A stretch of DNA of 64,000 bases from Dehalococcoidia bacterium (GTDB taxonomy: Bacteria; Chloroflexota; Dehalococcoidia; UBA2979), in the NCBI GenBank assembly GCA_965247925.1, contig CBDFIB010000004.1, forward strand, positions 1,701,697-1,765,696, written 5' to 3'. The notes beneath the pieces were generated by a model, which saw only the letters and a program-made list of their open reading frames with translations, was not told the DNA's origin and did no database searches. Positions 8,566-18,698 of the stretch are shown here, piece after piece (position 1 is the stretch's first letter; the number at the start of each line of letters is the position of its first letter). The position numbers and the translations under genes are program-made.

Positions 8566-11500
8566 ATGTATCTGCGGCGTGTAGAGGCGTACGGGTTCAA
8601 GGCCTTCGCGGACCGCCAGGTCTTCGAGTTCGGCCCCGGCCTGACCGCCGTCGTCGGACCCAACGGTTCCGGCAAGTCCAATGTCTCCGACGCGATCCGC
8701 TGGGCCCTCGGCGAGCAGTCGGCGCGCTCGATCCGCGCCCGCAAGACCGGCGACGTGATCTTCTCCGGCTCCGATGGCCGGCGCGAGATGGGCGTCGCCG
8801 AGGTGACGCTGTACCTCGACAACTTCGAGCAGTGGATGCCGATCGACTTCGACGAGGTGAGCGTCAGCCGGCGCGCCTACCGCAGCGGCGAGAGCGAGTA
8901 CCGCATCAACGGGCAGAAGGTGCGGCTGCTGGACGTGCAGGACCTCTTCCGCCGCGCCCAGGTCGGCCAGAACTCCTACGCCATGATGTCGCAGGGCCTC
9001 GTCGACGAGATGCTCGGCCTGCGGCCGCTGGAGCGCCGCAACCTGATCGAGGAGGCCGCCGAGGTCCACGGCCACCGCATCGAACTGACGCGAGCGGATC
9101 GAAGGCTGACGCAGACGCGCGACAACCTCGGCCACGTGCGGGTGCTGATCCGCGGGCTGGCCCCGCGCCTGCGCCAGCTGGAGCGGCAGTCGAAGCGCGC
9201 GAGCCGCTTCCGCGAGCTCGACGCCCAGCTCGGCGCCGCCCTCGAAGCCTGGTACGAGACCGAACTGCGGCAGGCCAGCGAGGCGCTGGCCGCCGCGCAG
9301 TCGCGGCACGACCAGAGTTCCGAGGCGTTCGCCTCGGCGCGCCGGCAGGCCGAGGCCTTCGCCCCGGACATCGCCGTGGCCGAACGCGCCGTCGCGGCTG
9401 CGCGCTCCGAGCTGGCCGGCGCACAGCGGCGTGAGCGCGAGCTGGCGGAACGCTCGCTGGCGCTCGGCCAGCAGCGCGCCCTTGCCGAGCAGCGCCGCGA
9501 ACTGCTGCTCGTGCGCCGCGATGAGATCGACGCGGCCATCGCGGAACTGTCCGCTGCGCAGGGCGATGGCGCTCCCGAGAGCGACGCGCCGGACGGCGGC
9601 GCGCTGGTCGCCCTCGAGGCGCGGGTCGCCGAGGCCGGCGCCGAGCTGGAGGCAGCGCGTGAAGCGATGCGCGCCGCCGACGGGGCCGTGCGCGACGTGC
9701 TGCGCGAACTGGCCGAAGCCGAGGCGCGCCGCTCCCGCATTGAGGCCGCGATCCGCGATGCCGAGGCGCGACGCGCACGAGCGCAAGCCGAGCAGCAGCG
9801 CCGCGATCGCGATCGCGCGCAGGCGAGCGCGAGGCGCGAGGCGCTGAGCGACGAGCTGCGCGACTACGGACGGCGCGCGCTGGCCGCGCGCCGCGAACAG
9901 GAACGCCTCGCCCTCGAGGCCTCCGAGGCGCTGCGCCGCCGCGATGTCGCCGAACGGCGCATCGAGGAGACGCGCACGCAGGCCGAAGAGGGCCGCGAGG
10001 CGCTGCGTGCGGCAACGACGTACCGCGAGCACCTGGAGGCGCGCCGCGAGCTGCTCGCGACGCTCGTCGCGCAACTCGCGAAGCAGGGTTCGGCTGCCCA
10101 GGAAGTGCTCCGCGCGGCGCACGAGCCGGGCGACGAGCAGCCGCTCAGCGGGGTGATCGGCCTCGTCGGACGGCTGATACGCGTGCCCCAGGGCCTTGAG
10201 CACGCGATCGAGTCGGCCCTCGCGGAGCAGATCGGCGCGGTCGTCGTGGAGCGGCAGGACGAGGCGCTGGCGGCGATCGAGCACCTGCGTGCCCGGGGGG
10301 CCGGTTCCGTCTCCGTGCTGCCACTCGGCAGCATCCCGCGGCAGTACCCGCTGAACATGCTCAGCGAGCGCGGCGTGATCGGCGTCGCCTCCAGCCTGGT
10401 CAAGACCGATCGCAGGTACCGCCCGCTCGTCGACCTCCTGCTCGGGCGCACGATCGTGGTCGAAGACGTGACTACGGCGCTCAAGACCGTCTCGCGCGGC
10501 CTCGGCTCGGTCGTCACCCGCGACGGCGTGCTGGTGCGCGCCGACGGCTCGATCTTCGGCGGATCACGCGGCACGGCGTCGGAACAGTTCGTGCTGCAGG
10601 ACGAGGAGCAGTCGCTGCCCGAGGAGATCGAGGTGGCGCGCGAGACCGAGGACGCCGCCGCCGTGCAGGTCCAGCGCCTCGACGACATCGTCGCCGACGC
10701 CCGGGACGCCCTCGATGCGGCTCGCCGCGCCGTGGTCGGGGCCGAGAACGAGCAGCGCGACCACGAGCGGGCAACCGCGCGCCAGCGCCGGCGGCTGGTC
10801 GCCCTCGGAAGCGAGTTGCGCCAGGCGCACGCCGTGCTCGCCGGGGGCGACTCGCAAGCAGAGGCCGGCGACAGCGACGAATCGATCGCGAAGGAGCGCG
10901 CCGCGCTGACGGCCCTCGACGCGCGGATCGAGGAACTGCGCGATCGCTCGGAAGCCGTCGGAGCGGAACGCGACGGCGCCGGCGATCGCGTCGCGCAGCA
11001 CGCAGCCGAAGTCGCCGTGGCCGAGGGCGAACGCACGGCCGTGCGCGACCGCCGTGCGACGCTGGAGGAGGCGCGCCGGCGCAGCGCCGAGCGGCTGGCG
11101 GAGCGCAGCGATCAGTCGCTCGCGATCCGCCGCGAACTGGAAGACCTCGAGCTCACATTGCGCGATCTGCGCGAGCAGATCGCCAACGTCGAGACCGCCC
11201 GGCGCGCCGCGGAGGAGGCCGTCGCTCCGGCGCACGCGACACTGGCCGAGGCGGAGCGCGCGGAGCGCGAGCTGACGGCGACGCGCGGCGACAGCCAGGC
11301 GCGCCTCTTCGCCGCCGAGCGCGAACTGCTGGACGCGCAGTCCACGCTGCGGGAGCTCGCGAGCCGCGTCCGAAGCCTCACACAGCAGATCGCGGACGAC
11401 GGCCTCGAGCTGCGGAAGGATGGCAGCGTGCGCCGTCCGCACGCCGGGCAGGCCACGGAGGCGCCCGCGGACATCCCGGCGGAAGCGCCGGCGATGGCGA

Positions 11501-12243
11501 ACGGCAACGGCACGGACGAGGGCGCGGCTCAGCTCGCGCTCGCCGTGGTCCCGGCAAGTGGCGGCGCCGAGGTGGACACGGTGCAGCTGCGCGAGCGCAT
11601 CTCCGAGCTGCGCGGCGAGATCCGCGCCCTCGGGCCGGTCAACCTCGAAGCGCTCGACGACCTCAGCGAGGAGCGCGAGCGGCACGACTTCCTCAGCGGC
11701 CAGGTCGAGGACCTCGAGGCGGCCGAGCTGCAGCTGCGCGCGGCGATCGTGGATCTCGAGCGCGAGATCCGCGCGCGCTTCCAGGAGACGTTCGAGCTGG
11801 TCAACACGAGCTTCGGCGACTACTTCGAGCGCTTCTTCGGCGGAGGCCGGGCGGCACTCACGATCGTCGAGCCGGAGGACGAGGACGGCGAAGCGGGCGT
11901 GGACGTGCGCGCGCAACCGCCGGGCAAGCGCATCTCCTCGCTGGCGATGCTCTCGGGCGGCGAGCGCGCGCTCACCTCGGTGGCGCTGCTGTTCGCGCTG
12001 CTGGCCGTCAACCCGGCGCCGGTCTGCGTGCTGGACGAGGTCGACGCGGCGCTCGACGAGGCGAACGTGGGGCGCTTCGTCGAAACGTTGCGCGGGCTCT
12101 GCGAGCGCTCGCAGTTCATCGTGATCACCCACAACCGCGGCACCGTCGAGGCCGCCGACACCATCTACGGCGTTTCGATGGGCGACGACTCGGTCTCGCG
12201 CGTGCTCTCGCTGCGGCTGGCCGACCTCCCGCAGGCCTCGTAA
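8566..12243 (+). CDS. smc: Chromosome segregation protein SMC
   Basis: It has Walker A VGPNGSGKSN, long coiled coils with a central hinge, the signature LSGGE, Walker B/D-loop VLDEVDAALD and IVITH. Confidence 0.96.
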   Translation: MYLRRVEAYGFKAFADRQVFEFGPGLTAVVGPNGSGKSNVSDAIRWALGEQSARSIRARKTGDVIFSGSDGRREMGVAEVTLYLDNFEQWMPIDFDEVSVSRRAYRSGESEYRINGQKVRLLDVQDLFRRAQVGQNSYAMMSQGLVDEMLGLRPLERRNLIEEAAEVHGHRIELTRADRRLTQTRDNLGHVRVLIRGLAPRLRQLERQSKRASRFRELDAQLGAALEAWYETELRQASEALAAAQSRHDQSSEAFASARRQAEAFAPDIAVAERAVAAARSELAGAQRRERELAERSLALGQQRALAEQRRELLLVRRDEIDAAIAELSAAQGDGAPESDAPDGGALVALEARVAEAGAELEAAREAMRAADGAVRDVLRELAEAEARRSRIEAAIRDAEARRARAQAEQQRRDRDRAQASARREALSDELRDYGRRALAARREQERLALEASEALRRRDVAERRIEETRTQAEEGREALRAATTYREHLEARRELLATLVAQLAKQGSAAQEVLRAAHEPGDEQPLSGVIGLVGRLIRVPQGLEHAIESALAEQIGAVVVERQDEALAAIEHLRARGAGSVSVLPLGSIPRQYPLNMLSERGVIGVASSLVKTDRRYRPLVDLLLGRTIVVEDVTTALKTVSRGLGSVVTRDGVLVRADGSIFGGSRGTASEQFVLQDEEQSLPEEIEVARETEDAAAVQVQRLDDIVADARDALDAARRAVVGAENEQRDHERATARQRRRLVALGSELRQAHAVLAGGDSQAEAGDSDESIAKERAALTALDARIEELRDRSEAVGAERDGAGDRVAQHAAEVAVAEGERTAVRDRRATLEEARRRSAERLAERSDQSLAIRRELEDLELTLRDLREQIANVETARRAAEEAVAPAHATLAEAERAERELTATRGDSQARLFAAERELLDAQSTLRELASRVRSLTQQIADDGLELRKDGSVRRPHAGQATEAPADIPAEAPAMANGNGTDEGAAQLALAVVPASGGAEVDTVQLRERISELRGEIRALGPVNLEALDDLSEERERHDFLSGQVEDLEAAELQLRAAIVDLEREIRARFQETFELVNTSFGDYFERFFGGGRAALTIVEPEDEDGEAGVDVRAQPPGKRISSLAMLSGGERALTSVALLFALLAVNPAPVCVLDEVDAALDEANVGRFVETLRGLCERSQFIVITHNRGTVEAADTIYGVSMGDDSVSRVLSLRLADLPQAS

Positions 12244-12348
12244 TCGCGCCGTCGAGGCCGACTCATTCGCCAGCCACCGCACGCCTCGATACGATCGGCA
12301 GCGCGCAGCGGCGACTCGCTGCGACCGGCGTGCGGTCAGGATGATGCC

Positions 12349-13302
12349 GTGAGGCTGTTTCGAGGCAACGCCGACTCGGAAGCAGCCACGGGGCAGGCGC
12401 TGGCGCGCACCCGTCGCTCCTGGTTCGGCCGCGTCGGCGACCTGCTGCGCGGCAACGAGATCACGCCGGAACTCTGGGACTCGCTGGAAGAAGTGCTGAT
12501 CGGCTCCGACGCGGGGGTCGAGACCACCCTCGACGTGCTCGACCGGGTGCGCGCCAGCGGCCCCCGGGAGACGGCCGACCTGCACGCGGCACTGAGGCGC
12601 GAGCTGATCGCGATCCTCGAAGCGCCCGAGGGGACGGGCAGGCTCTGGGGCGCCGACGCGGACGACCCGCCCAGACCCGCGGTCGTGCTGATCGCGGGGG
12701 TCAACGGCACCGGCAAGACGACCGCCGCGGCGCGGCTCGCCTACGCCTACCAGGCCGAGGGCGAGCGAGTGATCGCGGCGGCCGGCGACACCTTCCGCGC
12801 TGCGGCGACCGAGCAACTGCGGCACTGGGGCGAGCGGGTCGGCTTCGACGTGATCGCGCACCAGCAGGGCTCGGACCCCGCCGCCGTCGCCTTCGACGCG
12901 ATCGAGGCGGCGCGGGCGCGCGGCCACGACCTCGTGCTGGTGGACACCGCCGGGAGGCTACATAACAAGCAGAACCTGATGAACGAGCTAGCCAAGATCC
13001 GGCGCGTGATTGAGCGCCAGCTCGGACGCGGACCGGACGAGGTCGCGCTCGTGCTCGACGCCACCACGGGGCAGAACGGCCTCGCACAGGCGCGCGCCTT
13101 CACCGAGGCGATCGAGGTGACCTCGGTGATCCTCACGAAGCTCGATGGCAGCGCGCGCGGCGGCATCGTCTTCGCGGTCGCCTCGGAGCTCGGGCTGCCG
13201 GTGCGCTTCATCGGGGTCGGGGACGGACCGGCGGACCTGGCGCCGTTCGACGCGGAGTCGTTCGTGGACGGCCTGCTGGCGTCCGGGACCGCGCAGGACT
13301 AG
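12349..13302 (+). CDS. ftsY: Signal recognition particle receptor FtsY
   Basis: Motifs GVNGTGKTT, DTFRAAA, DTAGR, DATTGQN and TKLDGSARGG are present, in the canonical rnc-smc-ftsY order. Confidence 0.95.
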   Translation: MRLFRGNADSEAATGQALARTRRSWFGRVGDLLRGNEITPELWDSLEEVLIGSDAGVETTLDVLDRVRASGPRETADLHAALRRELIAILEAPEGTGRLWGADADDPPRPAVVLIAGVNGTGKTTAAARLAYAYQAEGERVIAAAGDTFRAAATEQLRHWGERVGFDVIAHQQGSDPAAVAFDAIEAARARGHDLVLVDTAGRLHNKQNLMNELAKIRRVIERQLGRGPDEVALVLDATTGQNGLAQARAFTEAIEVTSVILTKLDGSARGGIVFAVASELGLPVRFIGVGDGPADLAPFDAESFVDGLLASGTAQD

Positions 13303-13314
13303 CGGACCGGCGCC

Positions 13315-15624
13315 GTGTACGAGGCGCTCACCTGGTACCTCGGGCTGGCGCTGATCGGCGCCGCGGGCCTGCTGCCGGCGACGCTGCTGTTCGGGCGGCT
13401 GCGCTCCCGCGGCGTCTGCTACGCGCGCCCGCTGGCCCTGCTGCTTGTCGCGCAGATCGCCTGGCTCAGCTCGGCCATGACCGCGATTCCCTACGGCGGC
13501 GGCCTCGTGGCGGGGGCGATCGCCGTGCTCTACGGCTGGTCGGCGTGGTTGGCCTGGCGAGAGCCGGAGCGGCTGCGCACGCTCTGGCAGGCTCGCCGCA
13601 GGCTGCTCGCCGGGGAGGCGCTCTTCCTCGTGGTGTTCGCGATCGTGCTGTTGGTGCGCGCCCAGGCGCCTGCCGCGATCAACACCGAGAAACCGATGGA
13701 CCTGATGCTGCTCACGGCGGTGCACGAGGCCGAGCGGATGCCGCCGGCGGACTCCTGGCTCGCCGGCTACGGCGTCTCCTACTACCACCTCGGCCACGTG
13801 ATGATCGATGCCAGCGGGCGGCTCGCGGGGATCGCGCCGCGCTTCGGCTTCAACCTCGGTCTCGCGGCCGCAGCCGCGCTCGCGGCGGTCGCGATCGCCG
13901 GACTCGCGAGCGACGCCGTCGCGCTCGGTCCGCGGCGGCGGCGCGCCACGCCCTGGATCGCGGCCGGCGTCGCGGTCGTGGCGCTGATCTGGCTCGCGCC
14001 GCTCGAGGGGCTGGCCGAGTTGGCAGCCGCGAACGGCCTCGGCGGCGAGGGCGTCTGGGGCCAGCTCGGCGTGAATCGCCTGCCCGGCCCCGCCGAGGCG
14101 ACCTATGGAGTGCCCGACCAGTTCTGGTGGTGGTGGCGGGCGACGCGCGTCATCCCCGGCACGATCAGCGAGTTCCCCGCCTTCTCCTACATCCTCGGCG
14201 ACCCGCACGCGCACGTGCTGGCGCTGCCGCTCGCGATCGTCGCGCTCGCCGTCGCCCTCGACACCTTCGAGGGCGGGAAGACGCTCTCGTGGCGGGGCTG
14301 GACCGCGCGGCCGGGGGCGCTGCTGCTGGTCGGCGCGCTCTTCGCCGGGCTGGCGATGACCAACGCCTGGGACGTGCTCGCCTACGGGCTGATCTGGCTC
14401 GCCGCCGCCGCCGCCGCCTTCCGCGCCGTCGGCTGGCCGCTCTCCGGCGCCCTCTTCGGCGCGGCGCGCTACCTCGCAGCGCCCGCGCTCGTCGGGCTGG
14501 CGATCGCCTGGCCGTTGCTGCAGACGCTCGATACCTCGTCCGTGGGGGCGACGCTGGTCACGGACGCGGCGAGCGATCCCGTGCGGCTGCTGCTGTTCTG
14601 GGGCGCGCCACTGCTGCCTGTCGTGCTCGCGGCGCTCCTGACCCGCCAGCGCGCCTCGAGGCGTGCGCTGGCCTGGAGCCTGACGCTGGCCGCGGCCCCG
14701 GTCGCGCTCTGGGCGCTGTGGGCGGTCGGCGGCGAGGGCGACGCGTTTGGCCAGCGCGGCGTCGGCTGGCTGACGCTCGCGGGCCTCGTGCTCGCGACCG
14801 GCGCGGCGGGCGCGGCCTCGGCGAGCCGCTACGCCGAGGGGCGGCGCGATCACGCCGCCTGGCTGGCGCTGGCGGCGACGGCGGGCGCGATCGTGCTCGC
14901 GACGGAGCTGTTCCACGTCACCGACGCGCTCGGGCACGCCCGCATGAACACTGTCTTCAAGTTCTGGTACGTCGCCTGGCCGCTGCTCGCGGCCTCGGGG
15001 GCGATCGGCCTCGCCCTCGCCTACGACGCCGCGCCGGCCCGTCCGCTCGCGGCGCTGCGAGGGCGGCTCGCATCGCCCCGGGGGGCGCTCGCGGCATTCG
15101 CCGCCCTCGCCGCGCTGCTCTGGCTCGGCTCGCTGCTGTACGCACCGGCCGCGACGATCAGCCGCGGGCGCGAGGGGCAGGCGACCGGCATCGACGCGCT
15201 CGCCCACGTCGAGCGGCGCGATCCCGGCCTCGCCGAGGCGCTGCGCTGGGTGCAGAGCGAGCTCGATCCGGACCGCCACGTCCTGCTCGAGGCCGCGAGC
15301 CGCAGCTACGGGCCGGGTAACATGATCTCAGCGGCGAGCGCCACGCCGACGCTGGTCGGCTGGCCCGGCCACCAGTTGCAGTGGCACAGCAACGTACCGT
15401 TGACGGAGCGCCTCAACGTGGTGAACACGATCTATCGCGAGGGAGCCGGACCCGACACGCTGGGGCTGGCGTTCCGGCACCGCGTGACCCACATCTACCT
15501 CGGACGCGAGGAACGCAGCCAGTTCGGCGCGGACGTCGCCGCGCGCTTCGCGGACTGGCCGACGGTGTTCGAGGCGCCCGGCGTGCGGATCGTCGCCGTG
15601 CCGGCACTGGGGGGCGGTCGATGA
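13315..15624 (+). CDS. DUF2298 (Chlor_Arch_YYY-type) polytopic membrane protein, putative GT-C-fold transferase
   Basis: It contains EKPMD, MPPADSWLAG..VSYYHLG, WWWWRATRVI..TISEFPAFSYILGDPHAH, NAWD, RMNTVFKFWY and LVGWPGHQLQW, which are characteristic of DUF2298. Confidence 0.85.
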   Translation: MYEALTWYLGLALIGAAGLLPATLLFGRLRSRGVCYARPLALLLVAQIAWLSSAMTAIPYGGGLVAGAIAVLYGWSAWLAWREPERLRTLWQARRRLLAGEALFLVVFAIVLLVRAQAPAAINTEKPMDLMLLTAVHEAERMPPADSWLAGYGVSYYHLGHVMIDASGRLAGIAPRFGFNLGLAAAAALAAVAIAGLASDAVALGPRRRRATPWIAAGVAVVALIWLAPLEGLAELAAANGLGGEGVWGQLGVNRLPGPAEATYGVPDQFWWWWRATRVIPGTISEFPAFSYILGDPHAHVLALPLAIVALAVALDTFEGGKTLSWRGWTARPGALLLVGALFAGLAMTNAWDVLAYGLIWLAAAAAAFRAVGWPLSGALFGAARYLAAPALVGLAIAWPLLQTLDTSSVGATLVTDAASDPVRLLLFWGAPLLPVVLAALLTRQRASRRALAWSLTLAAAPVALWALWAVGGEGDAFGQRGVGWLTLAGLVLATGAAGAASASRYAEGRRDHAAWLALAATAGAIVLATELFHVTDALGHARMNTVFKFWYVAWPLLAASGAIGLALAYDAAPARPLAALRGRLASPRGALAAFAALAALLWLGSLLYAPAATISRGREGQATGIDALAHVERRDPGLAEALRWVQSELDPDRHVLLEAASRSYGPGNMISAASATPTLVGWPGHQLQWHSNVPLTERLNVVNTIYREGAGPDTLGLAFRHRVTHIYLGREERSQFGADVAARFADWPTVFEAPGVRIVAVPALGGGR

Positions 15625-17567
15625 GCGCCCGCCTGCTCGCGTACCTCGATCTGCTCCGGGCGGACCGGACGCTGCTGATCCTGCTCGGCATCGCGGCCGT
15701 CGCGCTCGTGCTGCGCGTGGTCGACCTCGACGCGCGGGCGATGCACCACGACGAGTCGCTGCACGCGAAGTACGCCTGGGATCTGGCCGAGGGGCGAGGC
15801 TACGAGCACAACCCACTGATGCACGGGCCGCTGCTCTTCCACACGGTGGCCGGCGTCTTCGTGGTCGCCGGGGACAGCGAGGTGGCCTCGCGGCTACCGA
15901 TGGCGCTCGCGGGCGCCGTGCTCGTGCTCGTGCCGCTGCTGCTGCGCCGCTGGCTCGGGGACATCGGGGTGATCGTGGCGGGGGCGCTGATCGCGTTCTC
16001 GCCGGTGCTGCTCTACTACTCGCGCTTCTCGCGCAACGACGTGCCGGCGGCGATCTTTACGCTGCTGCTGTTCGCCGCGATCTGGCGCTATCGCGACGAC
16101 GGGCGGGAGCGCTGGCTGCTGATCGCGGCGGCCTCGATCGCGCTCTCGTTCGCGACGAAGGAGACGGCGTACCTCTTCTCGGGGCTGGCGCTGCTCTACA
16201 TCAACGCGACGCTCACCAGCAGCCTGCTGCGGCAGATGCGCGGAGAGAGCGCAGACTTTGCCCACACGACGCAGGCTTTCGCCTGGATCGCGCTCTTCCC
16301 CTTCGCCTGGCTGATCGCCGCGCTCTGGTATCCGCTGGGCCTGCTGAGGCGACGCCTCGGCCTCGAGACGCTGCCGCGCGAGGGCGACCTGATGGTCGTG
16401 GTCGGCACGATGACCGCGCCCTTCCTCGGCGCCGCGCTGCGCATCCCGTTCCCGGGGATCGAGACCTCGGCCTACGAGCACATCGAGACCGTGATCGTCA
16501 CGGAGTTGCTGGTGATCAGCCTGATCATCGGCGTGCTCTGGCGCCCGATGACGTGGCTGCCGCTGGCCGCCGTCGCCTGGCTGATCACGATCCCGCTGTT
16601 CACCACCGGGTTCACGAACCAGGACGGCTTCCTCTCGGCGTTCTGGGGCCAGCTCGACTACTGGCTCGACCAGCAGGGCGTAGAGCGCGGCAAGCAACCC
16701 CTCCACTACTACGTGATGATGCTCCCGACCTACGAGTTCCTCTCGCTGCTCCCGGCGCTGATCGGAGGCGCCTGGCTGCTCTGGCGCAAGGATCCGCTGA
16801 CGCGGCTGCTGGCCTGGTGGCTGATCGGGATCTTCGTCCTGCTCTCGCTGGCGGGCGAGAAGATGCCGTGGCTCAACGTGCACTTCGCGCTGCCGCTGGC
16901 GCTGCTTGCCGGGCGTGCGCTCGGCCTCGCGCTGCCCTCCGCCTGGCGCGCGCTTCGAGGGGTCCGCGAGGAATTCGTCGCGCCGGCAGGCGCCCCGCGG
17001 CCGGCTTTGCTCTGGGCGGGCGGAGCGGCCGTCCTCGCGCTGCTCGCAGCGCTGTCGCTGTGGACGGCCTTCGGCGTCACCTACGGCCACCCCGACACGC
17101 CCGTCGAGCCGCTGATCTACACCCAGACCTCGCCGCAGGTGCCCCTGCTGGCGCGGGAGATCGAGGAGTTCGTGCGCGCGCAAGCGACGCCGACTCCGGT
17201 GATCGTCGACACCACGGCGTCGCTGACCTGGCCCTGGGCCTGGTACCTGCGCGACGTGCCCAACGTCGGCTACCTCGGGGCGGACGCGATTCGCGAGCAC
17301 GGGCCGGGCGACGGCGCGGTGCTGATCAGCGCGAGCAGCACGGTGGGGCCGAACTGGGAGCGGCGCGACCAATTCGAGTCGCCCCGGCCCTACGTCCACC
17401 GCTGGTGGTTCCGGGAGGAGGGCTACCGCGCGGCCACGCTGAGCGGCGTCCTCGGCGAGATCGCCAGCGGCGAGCTGCTCGCCGACTGGGTGAGCTTCGT
17501 CGCCTCGCGCACCGAGGAGGACTCGCTCGGGGCGCTGCGCGGCCACGTCTGGTTCCCGCTGCGCTGA
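15621..17567 (+). CDS. TIGR03663/Agl23-like PMT-type (GT-C) membrane glycosyltransferase
   Basis: The start overlaps the previous gene (ATGA). Motifs are RAMHHDESLH, PLMHGPL, LYYSRFSRND, ATKET, EKMPW, LIYTQT and WPWAWYLR. Confidence 0.8.
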   Translation: MSARLLAYLDLLRADRTLLILLGIAAVALVLRVVDLDARAMHHDESLHAKYAWDLAEGRGYEHNPLMHGPLLFHTVAGVFVVAGDSEVASRLPMALAGAVLVLVPLLLRRWLGDIGVIVAGALIAFSPVLLYYSRFSRNDVPAAIFTLLLFAAIWRYRDDGRERWLLIAAASIALSFATKETAYLFSGLALLYINATLTSSLLRQMRGESADFAHTTQAFAWIALFPFAWLIAALWYPLGLLRRRLGLETLPREGDLMVVVGTMTAPFLGAALRIPFPGIETSAYEHIETVIVTELLVISLIIGVLWRPMTWLPLAAVAWLITIPLFTTGFTNQDGFLSAFWGQLDYWLDQQGVERGKQPLHYYVMMLPTYEFLSLLPALIGGAWLLWRKDPLTRLLAWWLIGIFVLLSLAGEKMPWLNVHFALPLALLAGRALGLALPSAWRALRGVREEFVAPAGAPRPALLWAGGAAVLALLAALSLWTAFGVTYGHPDTPVEPLIYTQTSPQVPLLAREIEEFVRAQATPTPVIVDTTASLTWPWAWYLRDVPNVGYLGADAIREHGPGDGAVLISASSTVGPNWERRDQFESPRPYVHRWWFREEGYRAATLSGVLGEIASGELLADWVSFVASRTEEDSLGALRGHVWFPLR

Positions 17568-17684
17568 CCGACACCGCCGGCCGTCGCGCCCGACGACGCG
17601 ATCGCCGAACATAGAGGGCAGATCGAGACGCAGGGACGGTTCGCTGCAACACGGCCGGAAGCGGCCACGCGAGGGGACGACAGC

Positions 17685-18698
17685 GTGAAGTGGCGGCGCT
17701 CGCTGATCGGTCTCGCCGTCAGCGCGATCTTCATCGTGCTGCTGCTGCGTCAGGTCAGCGGACCGGAGCTGCGCGACGCCTTCACCGCAGCCTCGCCGGG
17801 CTGGCTCGCCGCCGCCTTCGCTATCTACCTCGGCGCGCTCTGGCTGCGAGGGCTGCGCTGGAAACTGGTGCTGCGCGGCGCGACGCCAATCAGCACCAGC
17901 GACGCGACGGCGCTCGTGGTGATCGGCTACGCGGCGAACAACGTGCTGCCCGTGCGCGCCGGCGAGCTGGTGCGCGCGCAGCTGCTGCACGAGCGCCACG
18001 GCGCGGACCGCGTCGCCGCGCTCGGCACGATTCTCGTCGAGCGCGTCTTCGACGGCCTGGTGCTGGCGCTCTTCCTTGCCGGCACGATCGCGCTGGCGGG
18101 CGGGAGCGGCGTGCTGCGCCTGCTCGCCGCGGCCACGGGCGCGGCCTTCGTCGCGCTCGCCCTCGCGCTGCTGTTCGGCGGGCCGCGGCTGGCGGACAAC
18201 CCGGGAGCGGCGCATCGCTTGCTGCGGCCCATGCCGGCGCGGCTCCAGCACCTCGTGGCGCCGCGCCTCGATCGCTTCATCGAGGGCCTGACGACCATCC
18301 GCAGCACGGGTGCCTGGAGCGCGATCTTCGTGGTCTCCGCCGCCTCCTGGGCGATCGAGGCGGCGATGTACTGGCTGGCCGGCATCGGGCTCGGTCTTGA
18401 GCTGGACCCCCTGCTCTACCTCGGCGTCTGCGCGGCGGCGAACCTCGCGATCGCCGCGCCGAGCACCTCCGGCGGCATCGGGCCGTTCGAGTTCTTTGCC
18501 CGCGAGGTCGCCGTCGTCTTCGGGGCGACGGCCGCGGCGGGCACCGCCTACGCGATCGCGCTGCACGCGCTGCTGCTGATACCCGTCGCGGCGCTCGGGC
18601 TGCTGCTGCTCTGGCGGCGGCACATCGGCGTGCGCGGCCTGCTGCGCACCGCGCCCGAGGACGCACCGGCTGCCTCGACGCTGCGGGGGAGCGGCTAG
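17685..18698 (+). CDS. Lysylphosphatidylglycerol-synthase TM-domain / UPF0104 flippase-like protein
   Basis: It has LRGLRW, IGYAANNVLPVRAGELVRA, ERVFD and PSTSGGIGPFE, with about 8 TM segments. Confidence 0.85.
   Translation: MKWRRSLIGLAVSAIFIVLLLRQVSGPELRDAFTAASPGWLAAAFAIYLGALWLRGLRWKLVLRGATPISTSDATALVVIGYAANNVLPVRAGELVRAQLLHERHGADRVAALGTILVERVFDGLVLALFLAGTIALAGGSGVLRLLAAATGAAFVALALALLFGGPRLADNPGAAHRLLRPMPARLQHLVAPRLDRFIEGLTTIRSTGAWSAIFVVSAASWAIEAAMYWLAGIGLGLELDPLLYLGVCAAANLAIAAPSTSGGIGPFEFFAREVAVVFGATAAAGTAYAIALHALLLIPVAALGLLLLWRRHIGVRGLLRTAPEDAPAASTLRGSG

Noticed and set aside
16214-16227. Second target site for the IS1111 guide (CAGCAGCCTG within the glycosyltransferase gene)
   Set aside because: It matches only one guide arm and lacks the TTTT of the TTTTCAG half.
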